From an uncultured Actinomycetota bacterium (GTDB lineage: Bacteria > Actinomycetota > Thermoleophilia > Gaiellales > Gaiellaceae), in assembly GCA_963828105.1 (NCBI GenBank), contig CAWHDF010000020.1, positions 17,392 through 81,391 on the forward strand: a stretch of DNA of 64,000 nucleotides. Direction: 5' to 3'. This document shows positions 27,717-37,772 of the stretch, piece by piece. Every line of letters begins with the position of its first letter. The stretch's first letter is position 1. Below the pieces are notes generated by a model. The model did not search any database. It worked only from the letters and a program-made list of their open reading frames with translations, and had not been told where the DNA came from. Made by a program: the position numbers and the translations under genes.

Positions 27717-28595
27717 TTAGGTGTTCTCGCGCCGCTCGCCCGAGAATGCCGAGACCTGTCGCCAGGCGGCACGAGCCTCGCGAATCGCTCTGATCACCTG
27801 TCGACGAGCATCGTCGACCGACTTGGCCGCGAGCCGAAGTTGTTCCCCTTGTGCGCCACCTTGTGCAAGCGCCCCGAAGCACCACAAGCCGGTATCGATC
27901 AGGCGGCCCGCGCGGCGTACCTCGGCGATGACGGCATCGCAGGCCTCTGCCGGCGGGAGTCGGCGGGCCGTTTGACGGCGCGTCGCACCGATGGCGACGG
28001 ACCAGAGCCCGAGGATTGCTGTGGCGGCAATCTGCGGCTCCGGGTCCTCCGGGCTCACGCCTGCGCGCTCGGCGAGCGTCTCGGCGGCCACCTGCACCAT
28101 TCGGTCCATGAGCTCGCGCTGGGCGGCGCGCAATGCTGGCGTGCTGTCGACCATCTCGATGAATCGTCGTATCAGGTCGATCTCGTGCGCGCCGACGTCG
28201 ACCGCCTCCAGGTGAGCGAAGAGGTTCCGTACGTTCTCGGCGATCGCCTCGACGGCGCCGTCGACGAGCGAACGGCCACCCCGGCCGGGTGCGAGTGCGC
28301 CGCGTACCTCGGCAGCGACGTCCTCCTCGCGGTCGAGGACGAGCGACTCCTTGGTGGGGAAGTAATTGAAGACCGTCTTTTCCGAGACGCCACACGCCTC
28401 GGCCACCTCCGCGACCCTCACCGCGTCGAAGCCGCGCTCGAGAAAGAGCAGGGTCGCCGTATCGGAGATCAGCTCACGCGTCGCACGCTTCTTGCGTTCG
28501 CGCAGCCCAGTACTGGCGAGGCTCGGCGCGGGCGGGTTGCCCGCGCGCTCACGGAGTACTCGCACGGCCCAGGCGGCAGCACGCTGCTTGTCCAT
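27717..28595 (-). CDS. TetR-family transcriptional regulator (long C-terminal domain)
   Basis: RERKKRATRELISDTATLLFLERGFDAVRVAEVAEACGVSEKTVFNYFPTKESL. Divergent from the DrrAB-like ABC genes and upstream of the CDF. Confidence 0.9.
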   Translation of the reverse strand: MDKQRAAAWAVRVLRERAGNPPAPSLASTGLRERKKRATRELISDTATLLFLERGFDAVRVAEVAEACGVSEKTVFNYFPTKESLVLDREEDVAAEVRGALAPGRGGRSLVDGAVEAIAENVRNLFAHLEAVDVGAHEIDLIRRFIEMVDSTPALRAAQRELMDRMVQVAAETLAERAGVSPEDPEPQIAATAILGLWSVAIGATRRQTARRLPPAEACDAVIAEVRRAGRLIDTGLWCFGALAQGGAQGEQLRLAAKSVDDARRQVIRAIREARAAWRQVSAFSGERRENT

Positions 28596-28639
28596 ATCCC
28601 AAAAGCTTACACTTGCAGAAAAAATTCAGTGACTATAGG

Positions 28640-29608
28640 ATGGCGGGAATGGTGAAACCGGAACCGATCGTCGTCACTCAGGCGCTCACCAAGTGCTTTG
28701 GAGAGCTCGTTGCCGTCGACCACGTCGATCTCGAGCTGAAGGCAGGCACCGTCTTCTCGCTGCTGGGGCCCAATGGGGCCGGCAAGACGACGCTCGTGCG
28801 AATGCTCGCAACCTTGCTTCCACCGACGAGCGGACACGCATTCGTCTGTGGGCACGACGTCGTCCACGAGGCGGACGCGGTGCGAGGGTCGATCTCGTTG
28901 ACCGGTCAGTTCGCTGCCCTCGAGGACAATCTGACGGCCCGTGAGAACCTGATTCTGATGGCGCGGCTGCGCGGCTATCGGCGGGTTGCGGCGTCGCGGG
29001 TTGTCGACGAGTTGATCGAGCGCTTCGAGATCGACGAGTTCCGTGACAAGCTTGTCAAGTCGCTTTCCGGCGGTCAGCGGCGTCGCGTTGATCTGGCTGC
29101 GAGCCTTGTCGTCACCCCGAAGCTGCTCGCGCTCGACGAGCCCACCAACGGTCTCGATCCGCGCAGTCGCCAGGCGGTCTGGGCAACCGTCCGTGATCTC
29201 GTCGACGAGGGCGTCTCGGTGCTGCTGACGACTCAGTATCTCGAGGAGGCCGATGCGCTTGCCGACGAGATCGTCCTCATCGACCACGGTCGCGCCGTCG
29301 CGAGCGGCACCCCGAGCGAACTCAAGATGCGCATCGGCGAGCAGCGGGTCGACGTCGTCGCAGTCGATTCGGCCGGGCTGACGCAGCTCGTCGAGGTTCT
29401 CGCGCGCAGCTTCACGCTCACGGTAGTGCGCGAGCGACGCACCGTGTCGGTGCCCGCGCCCGACGACCTGGGCGATCTGGCGGCCGTGGCGGCGGCGGTC
29501 CGGGTGAGCGGCGTCGCAGTCGACGAGATTGCGTTGCGCCGGCCCACTCTCGACGACGCCTTTCTGGCGCTGACGGGGACGCATCCGCTCGAGCAGGTCT
29601 CCCCCTGA
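28640..29608 (+). CDS. ABC transporter ATP-binding protein, DrrA-like (ABC-2 exporter)
   Basis: GPNGAGKTT, LSGGQRRRVDLAASL, LLALDEPTNGLD. ATG 28640 chosen; the ORF is open from 28613. Confidence 0.9.
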   Translation: MAGMVKPEPIVVTQALTKCFGELVAVDHVDLELKAGTVFSLLGPNGAGKTTLVRMLATLLPPTSGHAFVCGHDVVHEADAVRGSISLTGQFAALEDNLTARENLILMARLRGYRRVAASRVVDELIERFEIDEFRDKLVKSLSGGQRRRVDLAASLVVTPKLLALDEPTNGLDPRSRQAVWATVRDLVDEGVSVLLTTQYLEEADALADEIVLIDHGRAVASGTPSELKMRIGEQRVDVVAVDSAGLTQLVEVLARSFTLTVVRERRTVSVPAPDDLGDLAAVAAAVRVSGVAVDEIALRRPTLDDAFLALTGTHPLEQVSP

Positions 29609-29658
29609 CCGGAGCTGGTGCTCACGAGCGTGCGCTTTCCGGCGAGCCGCCGCAGTGC

Positions 29659-30450
29659 TTGCCTGCGCCCGTCCGTTACCTGCGCGAGACGGCGCTGCTC
29701 ATCGGCCGCAGCCTGAGGATGATTCCACGCGTTCCCGAACGTCTCAGCGACGTGACGATCCAGCCAGTTATTTTCACGTTGCTGTTCCTCTACGTGTTTG
29801 GCTCGGCGATCCATATTCAGGGCATCCACTATCAGGACTATCTCCTGCCGGGGTTGCTCGGCCAGAGCGTCGCCTTCGGCGTGCTCGGAGCAGGCACCGC
29901 TACCGCCACCGACTTTTCGAGCGGCGTGATCGACCGCTTCAAGTCGCTACCCGTGAGCAGACTCGCGATCATCACCGCACAGGTCGTCGGTCAGATCATC
30001 GAGCAGGTGCTCGGGCTCTCGATCGTCGTCGTGATCGGCCTCGCGCTTGGGTGGCGGCCGACCCTCGGCATCGCGGGCGGGCTGGAGCTCCTGGGTCTGA
30101 TGCTGCTCGGGCTCTCGGCCTTCACCTGGTTCGGCGTGCTTCTGGGGATGCTCGTGCGTAACTCTGACGCGATGCAGGGCGTGGGCTTCGCGATCGTGTT
30201 GCCGCTCTCGTTTCTCGCCGGCACCTTCGTGCCGATCCAGGGCATGAAGCTGGTGCCGCGCGTCATCGGTGAGTGGGATCCGCTCTCGGCGATCGTCGCC
30301 GCGATCCGTCAGGTCGCGCAAGGCTACCCGTCCTCGGGCTCCTGGGAGCTCGACCATCCGGTCGTCTCGATGTGTGCCTGGTGTGTGCTGATCATGATGG
30401 TCTGCGTGCCTCTTGCCCTACGGCGCTTCCGAACCACCGCCGCGGCCTGA
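29659..30450 (+). CDS. ABC-2 type transporter permease (DrrB-like)
   Basis: Six hydrophobic segments, directly downstream of the DrrA-like ATPase. Confidence 0.85.
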   Translation: MPAPVRYLRETALLIGRSLRMIPRVPERLSDVTIQPVIFTLLFLYVFGSAIHIQGIHYQDYLLPGLLGQSVAFGVLGAGTATATDFSSGVIDRFKSLPVSRLAIITAQVVGQIIEQVLGLSIVVVIGLALGWRPTLGIAGGLELLGLMLLGLSAFTWFGVLLGMLVRNSDAMQGVGFAIVLPLSFLAGTFVPIQGMKLVPRVIGEWDPLSAIVAAIRQVAQGYPSSGSWELDHPVVSMCAWCVLIMMVCVPLALRRFRTTAAA

Positions 30451-30560
30451 GCTCCGCTGCCAGCTCCAGGGCCAGTGCTACGGTCCTTAGAACGGTCAAC
30501 GCTGCGACGGTGGCCTGTGCGCCTGCAGGAGAGGCGAATCACGGAAAAGGGAGTTCGAGT

Positions 30561-30824
30561 ATGGGCATTCTCAGTTACATCGTGAGTCTGGCCGTTGTCG
30601 GCCTCGTGATCGGTGGCCTCGGCCGGCTGATCGTGCCGGGCCGGAACCGGATCGGGCTCTGGGCGACGATCGGCGTCGGTCTCACCGGCTCGATCCTCGG
30701 AGCAATCGTGGGCGGCATCCTCGGTCTTGGCGTGATCAGCATCGTGCTCGAACTCGCGATCGCCGCCGGCCTCGTCTACGCCGTAGGCGGGAGAAGCTCG
30801 AGCGGACGCCAGCTGACCCGCTAG
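30561..30824 (+). CDS. GlsB/YeaQ/YmgE-family small membrane protein
   Basis: MGILSYIVSLAVVGLVIGGLGRLIVPG..., Gly-rich TMs. AAAAGGGAG RBS before ATG 30561. Confidence 0.75.
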   Translation: MGILSYIVSLAVVGLVIGGLGRLIVPGRNRIGLWATIGVGLTGSILGAIVGGILGLGVISIVLELAIAAGLVYAVGGRSSSGRQLTR

Positions 30825-31093
30825 GGCGAGGTCCGCAGGCGAGAAAGCAGGCACCTCCCACGACTGGCCTCGCCTCCCGGCGCCATGCCGGTAGCGTGTC
30901 GCAGGAGTTGCTGGTTCTCTCGAAAGACCCCGGATCTGCCAGCTCGGGTTCCCTCAGATGCGTTCGCCGGATCGTCGGGTCGGCGCGGCGTCCGCCGAAG
31001 TTGAGGCAGTGCGCAGGGACGCGCCTGCTCGTGCCGACGAAGCAGGTGCCGAGGGCGCCGTCACTGCGGTGCGGGACGCGCGGCCGTACCGAA

Positions 31094-32509
31094 GTGCCGA
31101 GCCGGTACGGTCGTCGTACCGCAGCGAGCGCGAGCTCGAGAGCCCGCGCCGGACTCGTCTTCGTGCTCGTCTGCGCCGCCGTCCTGGCTGGATGCGGGCA
31201 TGCATCGGCGGCGGGGCGGGTTCCGGGGGCACCGACAAGCGTCGGCGCAATCGGGTGGAATGCGGCCGCGATCGTACGCTGGCGTCCTCCGAGGAGTGAC
31301 GGCGGCACCCCGATCGCCCACTACAGGGTGCGGGCAAGCCCGGGCGGCCAGATGACGACTTTCAGCGGCGTTCACTGGGGTGAGATCGATGGCCTCCGCG
31401 ACGGCACCGCCTACACCTTCACCGTTACGGCCGTCAATCGCAATGGCGCGACCAGCCCCGCCTCAGCTCGGACGGAGCCTGTCACGCCGGAGCCCGTCGC
31501 CATCCATGTCAGCGGCAACAAACTTGTCAACGCGGCGGGCCGGACCGTTCATCTCTACGGTGTCAACCGAGCGGGTACGGCGGGTGCCTGCGTAGGCGGA
31601 GCGAGCGCAACGCAGGCCGTGACGGGCATCTTCGACGGGCCGACCGATGCGGCATCGATCCGGGCGATGGTCTCCTGGCACATCAACGTGGTGCGCATCG
31701 GCTTGAACGAGGATTGCTGGCTCGGTATCAACGGGGTCAACCCGGCCTACGGCGGCGCGCAGTACCAGAGCGCTGTCGGTGGCTATGTCGACGCGCTCAA
31801 CGCGGCTGGCCTCGTCGTGATCATCGATCTCTTCTGGAACGCGCCAGGTTCGACGCTCGCTCAAAGTGGACAGGTGATGGCGGACGCCGACAACTCGCCG
31901 GCGTTCTGGCGGTCCGTCGCGACGTACTTCCACTCGGACCCGGGTGTCATCTTCGATCTCTACAACGAGCCCAATACGGTTTCGTGGAGCTGCTGGGAGC
32001 TCGGGTGCGAGGCCCCCGCTGGCTGGCAGACGGCGGGGATGCAGTCGCTCGTCGACGCTGTGAGAAGCACCGGGGCGACCCAGCCGCTGATGGTCGGCGG
32101 GCTGTCCTTCGCAAACGATCTTTCGTCCTGGCTTCCCGGGCCGTCCGATCCCGACAGCCAGATCATCGCAAGCGCACACGTCTACTCCGACTTCAGCTGC
32201 AGCTTCGTCGCCTGCTGGAACGAGTACTACGCGCCGGTGAGCGCTGTCGTCCCCGTCGTAACGGGCGAGCTCGGGGAGTTCGACTGCGGACAGACATTCA
32301 TCGACACCTACATGCAGTGGGCGGACGAGAACGGTGTCTGGTATCTCGGCTGGGCGTGGAACACGACGACCGGGCCGACGGACCAGTGGACATGCGACGG
32401 AGGTCCCTCGCTGATCACCTCGTACAGCGGTGACCCGACCGCATTTGGGTTGGGCCTAAGGACACAGCTCGCGGCGCTGTTCGACGAGGGCGCGATCCTC
32501 GAGGGCTAG
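31094..32509 (+). CDS. Secreted FN3 + glycoside hydrolase family 5 (cellulase-family) protein
   Basis: Lipobox-like VLAGCGHA. FN3-like segment (WRPPRSDGGTPIAHYRV...YTFTVTAVN). GH5 acid/base motif FDLYNEPN and nucleophile region VTGELGEF. The ORF is open from 30896; GTG 31094 is proposed as the start. Confidence 0.8.
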   Translation: MPSRYGRRTAASASSRARAGLVFVLVCAAVLAGCGHASAAGRVPGAPTSVGAIGWNAAAIVRWRPPRSDGGTPIAHYRVRASPGGQMTTFSGVHWGEIDGLRDGTAYTFTVTAVNRNGATSPASARTEPVTPEPVAIHVSGNKLVNAAGRTVHLYGVNRAGTAGACVGGASATQAVTGIFDGPTDAASIRAMVSWHINVVRIGLNEDCWLGINGVNPAYGGAQYQSAVGGYVDALNAAGLVVIIDLFWNAPGSTLAQSGQVMADADNSPAFWRSVATYFHSDPGVIFDLYNEPNTVSWSCWELGCEAPAGWQTAGMQSLVDAVRSTGATQPLMVGGLSFANDLSSWLPGPSDPDSQIIASAHVYSDFSCSFVACWNEYYAPVSAVVPVVTGELGEFDCGQTFIDTYMQWADENGVWYLGWAWNTTTGPTDQWTCDGGPSLITSYSGDPTAFGLGLRTQLAALFDEGAILEG

Positions 32510-32545
32510 GTGCGTTTCGCGGCCCGGGCTCTGCGCTTGCGCCGC

Positions 32546-32588
32546 CTCCACCGCCGAAGGCGGCCACGGGGTGGAGCTCAAGTTTTTC
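32546..32588 (+). terminator. Candidate intrinsic terminator after the GH5 gene
   Basis: CTCCACC...GGTGGAG stem enclosing GCCG-AA-GGCGGC, followed by CTCAAGTTTTTCG. Confidence 0.5.
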
Positions 32589-32635
32589 GTGCCGGAGTCC
32601 GACGATGAGCACTAAGAGCCCCGCCCGCTTGTCGA

Positions 32636-33664
32636 GTGCCCCGAAGCATGTCTGCCGCCACCAGTCAACGAAGGAGCCCGAGCCTGCCTAGGGTTGGGCA
32701 AGTGCTCAGAGGCATCCACACCTGGTGGAGAATGGCGCGCGAGGGGATCAGCCCCCGCTGGCAAGGCGACGTCGTGCGGCCCTTTGTCAAGAAGCTCGCG
32801 CAACGCCGGCTGCTCTCGTTCGACCGCACCGCCTTCGTCGAGTTGACGTTCCGCAGAATGCTCGGGCAGCCGCTCTCGCCTCACGCGTGGAGCAGGATGA
32901 CTCTCAACGACAAGGTCACGTATCGCCGCCTGTGCGACCGTGACCCCCTCTGGCTGGTGCTCTCAGACAAGCTTCGGATGCGCGACTACATCGAGGAGCG
33001 CATGGGCGCCGAAAGCCTCCCCAAACTCCTAGCCGTTGGAGACCACGCGCACGAGTTCGAGGGGATGCGGGGGCCGTTCGTGTTGAAAGCAAACCACGGC
33101 TCGGGGATGACGATACTCGTCGACGACGGCGAGCTGCTCACGCCTGACGAACTGGCTGAGGCGGAGACGTGGAGCACGCAGGACTGCGAGTGGCCCGATC
33201 TTGAATGGGGCTACAGCGGTGCCCGGCGTCTCCTGCTCGCCGAAGAGCGGCTTTATGGGCCCGGTCGCCCCGGACCGCCATCCGACTACAAGTTCTTCAC
33301 GTTCTCCGGTGAGCCCGAGCTGATTCAGGTCGACATCGAGCGTTTCGGTGATCACCGCCGGATGCTGCGCAGACCCAACTGGGAGCTTGTCCAGGCGAGG
33401 ATCAACCCGCTCTACGACCTGCCTGACGATCCCCAGATTCCGGCGCCGCGCAACCTCGAACTGATGCTGGAGTGGGCTTCGGTGCTGGGCCGGTCGCTCG
33501 AGTTCATCCGCGTCGATCTCTACGACCTCGAAGAGCGTGTGCTCGTCGGTGAGCTCACGCCGTATCCGGGCGCGGGCAGCTCGTGGTTCGACCCTCGCAG
33601 CCTGGATGCGTGGCTCGGCTCCCGCTGGCTGAATCCTCCGAGGACGCGAGGCCTGCTCCGCTAA
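32636..33664 (+). CDS. TupA-like ATP-grasp family protein
   Basis: DKLRMRDYIEERMG, FVLKANHGSGMTILV, DYKFFTFSGEP, IRVDLYDLEERVLVGELTPYPG. Confidence 0.7.
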   Translation: MPRSMSAATSQRRSPSLPRVGQVLRGIHTWWRMAREGISPRWQGDVVRPFVKKLAQRRLLSFDRTAFVELTFRRMLGQPLSPHAWSRMTLNDKVTYRRLCDRDPLWLVLSDKLRMRDYIEERMGAESLPKLLAVGDHAHEFEGMRGPFVLKANHGSGMTILVDDGELLTPDELAEAETWSTQDCEWPDLEWGYSGARRLLLAEERLYGPGRPGPPSDYKFFTFSGEPELIQVDIERFGDHRRMLRRPNWELVQARINPLYDLPDDPQIPAPRNLELMLEWASVLGRSLEFIRVDLYDLEERVLVGELTPYPGAGSSWFDPRSLDAWLGSRWLNPPRTRGLLR

Positions 33665-33724
33665 ACGCTCGCTTACCATGTCGGGGTTGCGCCGAACCGC
33701 CGGCTCAATTGGCCCCGTTCGTGT

Positions 33725-34615
33725 TTGATCTCGTGCGTGGCGCCCCCGTCAGCAACCGCGGCCGAACAGGCTCGACTGGTGATCGTCTGCCCGGATGGCC
33801 CAGGCATCGTCGCGGCCGTCTCCGGCTGGCTTTACGAGCATTGTGCGAACATCACCGACTCGGCCCAGCACTCGACCGACGCGGGCGGCGGCACGTTCTT
33901 CATGCGGATGGAGTTTGCTCTGGGGCACATGACGGTGAGCCACACCGAGCTCGAGTCCTCGTTCGCGCAGGAGATCGCGGCGCGCTTCGGCATGCGCTGG
34001 CGGCTCTCGTATCCCGCGACCCGCAAGCGGGTCGCGATTCTCGTCTCGCGCCAGGACCACTGTCTGCTCGATCTCCTCTGGCGGCATCAGCGGGGCGAGC
34101 TCGACGCCGAGTTGGCGATCGTGGTTGCCAATCACGCCGAGCTCGAGTCGACCGTAGGTCAGTTCGGGTTGCCCTTCGCGCACGTGCCGGTCGTTGCAGG
34201 AGCGATGGCCGAGGCTGAGGAACAAATGCTCGCTTTGCTCGAGGGAAAGATCGATCTGGTCGTCCTCGCCCGCTACATGCGGATCCTCTCGCGCGAGTTC
34301 CTCGACACGCTGGGCGTCCCGGTGATCAACATCCACCACTCGTTCTTGCCCGCCTTCGTCGGTGCCGACCCCTATACGCGCGCGCTCGAGCGAGGCGTGA
34401 AGATCATCGGCGCGACGGCGCACTACGTGACCGAGGAACTCGACGGAGGCCCGATCATCGAACAGGATGTCGGGCGCGTCACGCACCGGCACAGCCTCGT
34501 CGAGCTCGAACAGATCGGACGCGACATCGAACGCGTCGTGCTCGCCCGGGCGGTGCGCTGGCACCTCGACGATCGCGTGATCGTGCACGGCAACAAAACC
34601 TTCGTCTTCGAGTAA
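33725..34615 (+). CDS. purU: Formyltetrahydrofolate deformylase
   Basis: N-terminal ACT domain ([19 protein letters not shown]). Formyltransferase core [17 protein letters not shown]...[25 protein letters not shown]. Confidence 0.9.
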   Translation: MISCVAPPSATAAEQARLVIVCPDGPGIVAAVSGWLYEHCANITDSAQHSTDAGGGTFFMRMEFALGHMTVSHTELESSFAQEIAARFGMRWRLSYPATRKRVAILVSRQDHCLLDLLWRHQRGELDAELAIVVANHAELESTVGQFGLPFAHVPVVAGAMAEAEEQMLALLEGKIDLVVLARYMRILSREFLDTLGVPVINIHHSFLPAFVGADPYTRALERGVKIIGATAHYVTEELDGGPIIEQDVGRVTHRHSLVELEQIGRDIERVVLARAVRWHLDDRVIVHGNKTFVFE

Positions 34616-34757
34616 GCCAGACCCAGCCGCCCTGCGGGCACTTGCTGGCTTCGCACGGCGCGCGCCCCCTTCGGTCGTCGTCGCGCCAGAAAGGGTCCGG
34701 GCGCGCCCGAGGTCGCCCGCCGCTGCTGCGCCCTACCCCGCCGGTAGGCGGCTCGCG

Positions 34758-35237
34758 TCAGCCGGCGAGCTGAGCGCGCAGTTTGATTGCCGTCATCGCG
34801 GTCGCGGCGGCGTCATTGGAGAGCGCCGACTGCCACGCGGGAATCTTGCTCGCGCTGTCATGCTGGATCTTGCGGAGTTCGCTAATCGTCTTGCGGTCGA
34901 GTTTGACCAGCGTCAGTAGCGTCTGCTTGGCGGGCCCCGAGGCGCCCATCGCGAGCAACGAGCGGTCCGCGAGCTCGAGCACCGTGATGAACGGATGCGC
35001 CGCGAGCTGATAGATCTTCGCACCGCTCGCCTCGTCCTTGATCATCGCGGTCGTGAGGTAGATGAACTTCGAGCCGCCCGTGTTCACGTCGCTCGTGATC
35101 GTCGTGAAGCGCTTCGCGAGTGCCCCTTTGCTGGGAGGGGCCGCGGCCGCCTCCGCAGGCCCAGCGCCGAGCGCGCCAGCCGCGACAAGCGAAACGCCCA
35201 GTACGAGACGTGCGACGAGCAAGCGGTTTCTCACCAT
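34758..35237 (-). CDS. Secreted hypothetical protein
   Basis: Signal peptide MVRNRLLVARLVLGVSLVAAGALGAGPAEA. No recognisable motif. Confidence 0.5.
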   Translation of the reverse strand: MVRNRLLVARLVLGVSLVAAGALGAGPAEAAAAPPSKGALAKRFTTITSDVNTGGSKFIYLTTAMIKDEASGAKIYQLAAHPFITVLELADRSLLAMGASGPAKQTLLTLVKLDRKTISELRKIQHDSASKIPAWQSALSNDAAATAMTAIKLRAQLAG

Positions 35238-35318
35238 GACGAGGTTCCAGTGTAGGGGCTACCCCTCCCGGCGACAGACGCGCGGCGCAGATGTCGTTCC
35301 GCCGACTCCCAGGCGGTC

Positions 35319-36839
35319 TTAGCCGACCGTTCGGAATGCCTCCACGCCGCTGATTGTCGGCACGAAGACGAAGCCGTCGCCAACACCCGGCGTCGCGAAG
35401 TGTTCGAGCACGTCGGTCTTGCGTTCGACGAGCACTGCGCCTGTTCCCGGCCGCAGGCCGTAGAGCTCCGAGCCGTTCCAGTCGAGTGCCCAGACGACGC
35501 CGCCGGCAACGATCGGAGGGCCGTTCGGGCTTCCGTTCGCCGCCGACCAGAGCTTCCGGAAGGTGCCCGCAGCGGTATCCACCGCAAGCGCGACCGTTCC
35601 GTTCGAGCACGGCGCGTAGATCACGACGCGCGTGTGCGACCCGCTCTCAAGCACGTCGGAGGCGTTCGCGCCAAAGACGCCGCCACTCGAACAAACCGGG
35701 CCGGTGAAGGCGCCGTGGCCAACTCCGCCGAGCTCGCCCTCGCGCATCAGGTAGCCGACGCTTCCGTTCGAGGTCGGCTTGCCCGCGACGAACAAGAATG
35801 AACTGTCGGGCACCTCGATAGGGCCACCCGAGCCGAGATCGCCGTCGTCCTCGTTGAGCTGCACCCAATTCGCCGGAGCCCAGACACCAAGGCGTGTCAG
35901 GGCGGGGGAGAGCTCGACCACGGCGTCTCCCTCGTCGAAGCTGGTGGGTGTGTTCGAGCTGCCGTTACCGGTCGCCAGGTAGAGATCGCCGGCACTCGAA
36001 ACCAGCAGACCCTCCGTCTCCCAGATCGCGCCCTCGCGGGCGCTCGGGACGCGGTAGCTCACGAGGCTGCCACCACCCGACTCCGGAAGCCCGACGACGT
36101 AGCCGTGATACTGGCCGCAGTCGCCGTAGAGCCCCCCGAAAGCCACGTACAGTGTGTCTCCCAGCAGCGTGATCGCAGGACGTTGTTGTTCGGCTGGGAT
36201 GTAGTAAGAGCTCGGGCTGTTGGCGTCGGGCGGGTCGACGTCTCGGTGCCAAAGCTCCTTGTGCGTCGTGAGCGAGAGCGCGACCAGCCAGTGGCGGATG
36301 TGTTGCCAACCGGTAGCACCTGGCAGCTCGGTCTCCTCAACGATGAAGAGTTCGTTGCTAGCCGGGTCGATCACGGGCGTACCGGTGATACCGAGCGGAT
36401 CGATGTCGCCGCAGGAGCCGCCCAACGTCGGCGAGGCGTCGACTGTCGAGCGGCTCACAGCGGTGCCGACGTGCGCGTGCCACGAAATGCGTCCGCCCGT
36501 CGCGGTGAGCGCGTAGACCGAGTCGTTCTCGGTGGCGACATAGACGGTCCCGTCGTACACGAGTGGTTCGCCGTAGACGGCGCCGTCGAGCTTCGCGTCG
36601 TCCCACACGGGGGCTGGCGAAAGTGACGTGATGGCCGGGTCGATGGTGTCGTCTCCCGAGCGCGCGTCATCGTAGTCGTAGGTCAAAAGGTCACCGCGGA
36701 GCGGGGAGGGAGCCGTGGACGCGTCCCGCGCCGATCCGGTGGCCGAAGGGGTGTGGAGACCGCCAGGCATACCCAAGGCACCGAGCGTCAGGAGCGCGGC
36801 GACCCCGAAACCGGCAATCAACCGTTTCGACACGCTCAC
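35319..36839 (-). CDS. Secreted PQQ-like beta-propeller repeat protein
   Basis: Repeated GxVYV/VYAL...G...W blades (DGTVYVATENDSVYALTATGGRISW). TM/signal segment LIAGFGVAALLTLGALG. The ORF is open to 36944; the start at GTG 36839 is tentative. Confidence 0.7.
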   Translation of the reverse strand: MSVSKRLIAGFGVAALLTLGALGMPGGLHTPSATGSARDASTAPSPLRGDLLTYDYDDARSGDDTIDPAITSLSPAPVWDDAKLDGAVYGEPLVYDGTVYVATENDSVYALTATGGRISWHAHVGTAVSRSTVDASPTLGGSCGDIDPLGITGTPVIDPASNELFIVEETELPGATGWQHIRHWLVALSLTTHKELWHRDVDPPDANSPSSYYIPAEQQRPAITLLGDTLYVAFGGLYGDCGQYHGYVVGLPESGGGSLVSYRVPSAREGAIWETEGLLVSSAGDLYLATGNGSSNTPTSFDEGDAVVELSPALTRLGVWAPANWVQLNEDDGDLGSGGPIEVPDSSFLFVAGKPTSNGSVGYLMREGELGGVGHGAFTGPVCSSGGVFGANASDVLESGSHTRVVIYAPCSNGTVALAVDTAAGTFRKLWSAANGSPNGPPIVAGGVVWALDWNGSELYGLRPGTGAVLVERKTDVLEHFATPGVGDGFVFVPTISGVEAFRTVG

Positions 36840-37075
36840 GTTCCGCCCGCCGCCGCCACCGCAAGCCACTCTAGCCCGGCCGCAGTCACGGCCGGTGCGC
36901 GCCGCCCCGAGAGAGCACGCGGCGGCCGATGCGTGTAGGCTCACGACCGCGGGCGGGGACAGGATCTGTCGGCGAAACCGTTGAGCAAACTACGGATATT
37001 GGCTTGCGGCTCCCAATTCGGGCGGAAACTCGAGTACAGTTTCGGCGAAGGTATGCGGACGACTAGGGAAGGGCC

Positions 37076-37735
37076 ATGGCAGCGGTTGAGGTAGAGACGC
37101 TCGGCTTACGCGAGCGCAAGAAGCAACGGACACGGCAGACGATTGTCGACGTAGGCGTGCGCCTGTTCGCCGCCCAGGGGTACAGCGAGACGACCCTCGT
37201 TGAGATCGCGGCTGCTGCCGAGATCGCGCCGAGCACCTTTTTCAACTACTTCCCGGCGAAGGTCGACATCGTCTTTGGGCTGCTCGACGCGGCGATCGAG
37301 GGCGCGCGGGAGCGGCTACTCTCGCGCCCGCTCGAGGAGACAGCCGTCGAGGCGGTGCTCAGTTGGGTTGCCGACGATCTACCGGTAATCGAGGCTCCCT
37401 ACAGTGAAGCGCTGCGCTTGACGCCGCAGATCATCGCCGCGGTGCCAGAACTCCAGGCAGAGCAGCGGCTGCGCGAGGCCGTGCTCGAGGACGTATTTGC
37501 CGAGGCGTTTGCGCGCGACCTCGGCGAGTCCGCCGACGGGTTGCACGCGCATGTGATGGGTACGGTTGCGCTGCGCGGCATGCTCGACTTCTGGCATGCC
37601 TGGTACGAACGACATGTCGGCGATGCAGTCTTCGATCCGAGTGAGGTTTTCGCCGGCAAGGCGGCCTACCTCGAAGAGGTGCTCCATGCCGGTATGGCCC
37701 TGATCAGGTCGCTCCCGGTTCCCGCCGACCAGTAA
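37076..37735 (+). CDS. TetR-family transcriptional regulator
   Basis: LRERKKQRTRQTIVDVGVRLFAAQGYSETTLVEIAAAAEIAPSTFFNYFPAK. Confidence 0.9.
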   Translation: MAAVEVETLGLRERKKQRTRQTIVDVGVRLFAAQGYSETTLVEIAAAAEIAPSTFFNYFPAKVDIVFGLLDAAIEGARERLLSRPLEETAVEAVLSWVADDLPVIEAPYSEALRLTPQIIAAVPELQAEQRLREAVLEDVFAEAFARDLGESADGLHAHVMGTVALRGMLDFWHAWYERHVGDAVFDPSEVFAGKAAYLEEVLHAGMALIRSLPVPADQ

Positions 37736-37772
37736 CCGCCGCGCGCCCGAGGCGCTTGCCGTTGCCGCGGGC

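Noticed and set aside
27637-28395. N-terminal extension of ORF 26812..28395, and ORF 26786..27772.
   Set aside because: The extension runs through the TetR gene in a different frame and is Arg-rich. Only the CDF core plus the His-rich tail has recognisable features.
28596-28639. TetR operator in the 44-bp divergent region (CACTTGCAGAAAAAATTCAGTG).
   Set aside because: Only a weak, imperfect palindrome (4-5 matching positions per arm), not enough to call.
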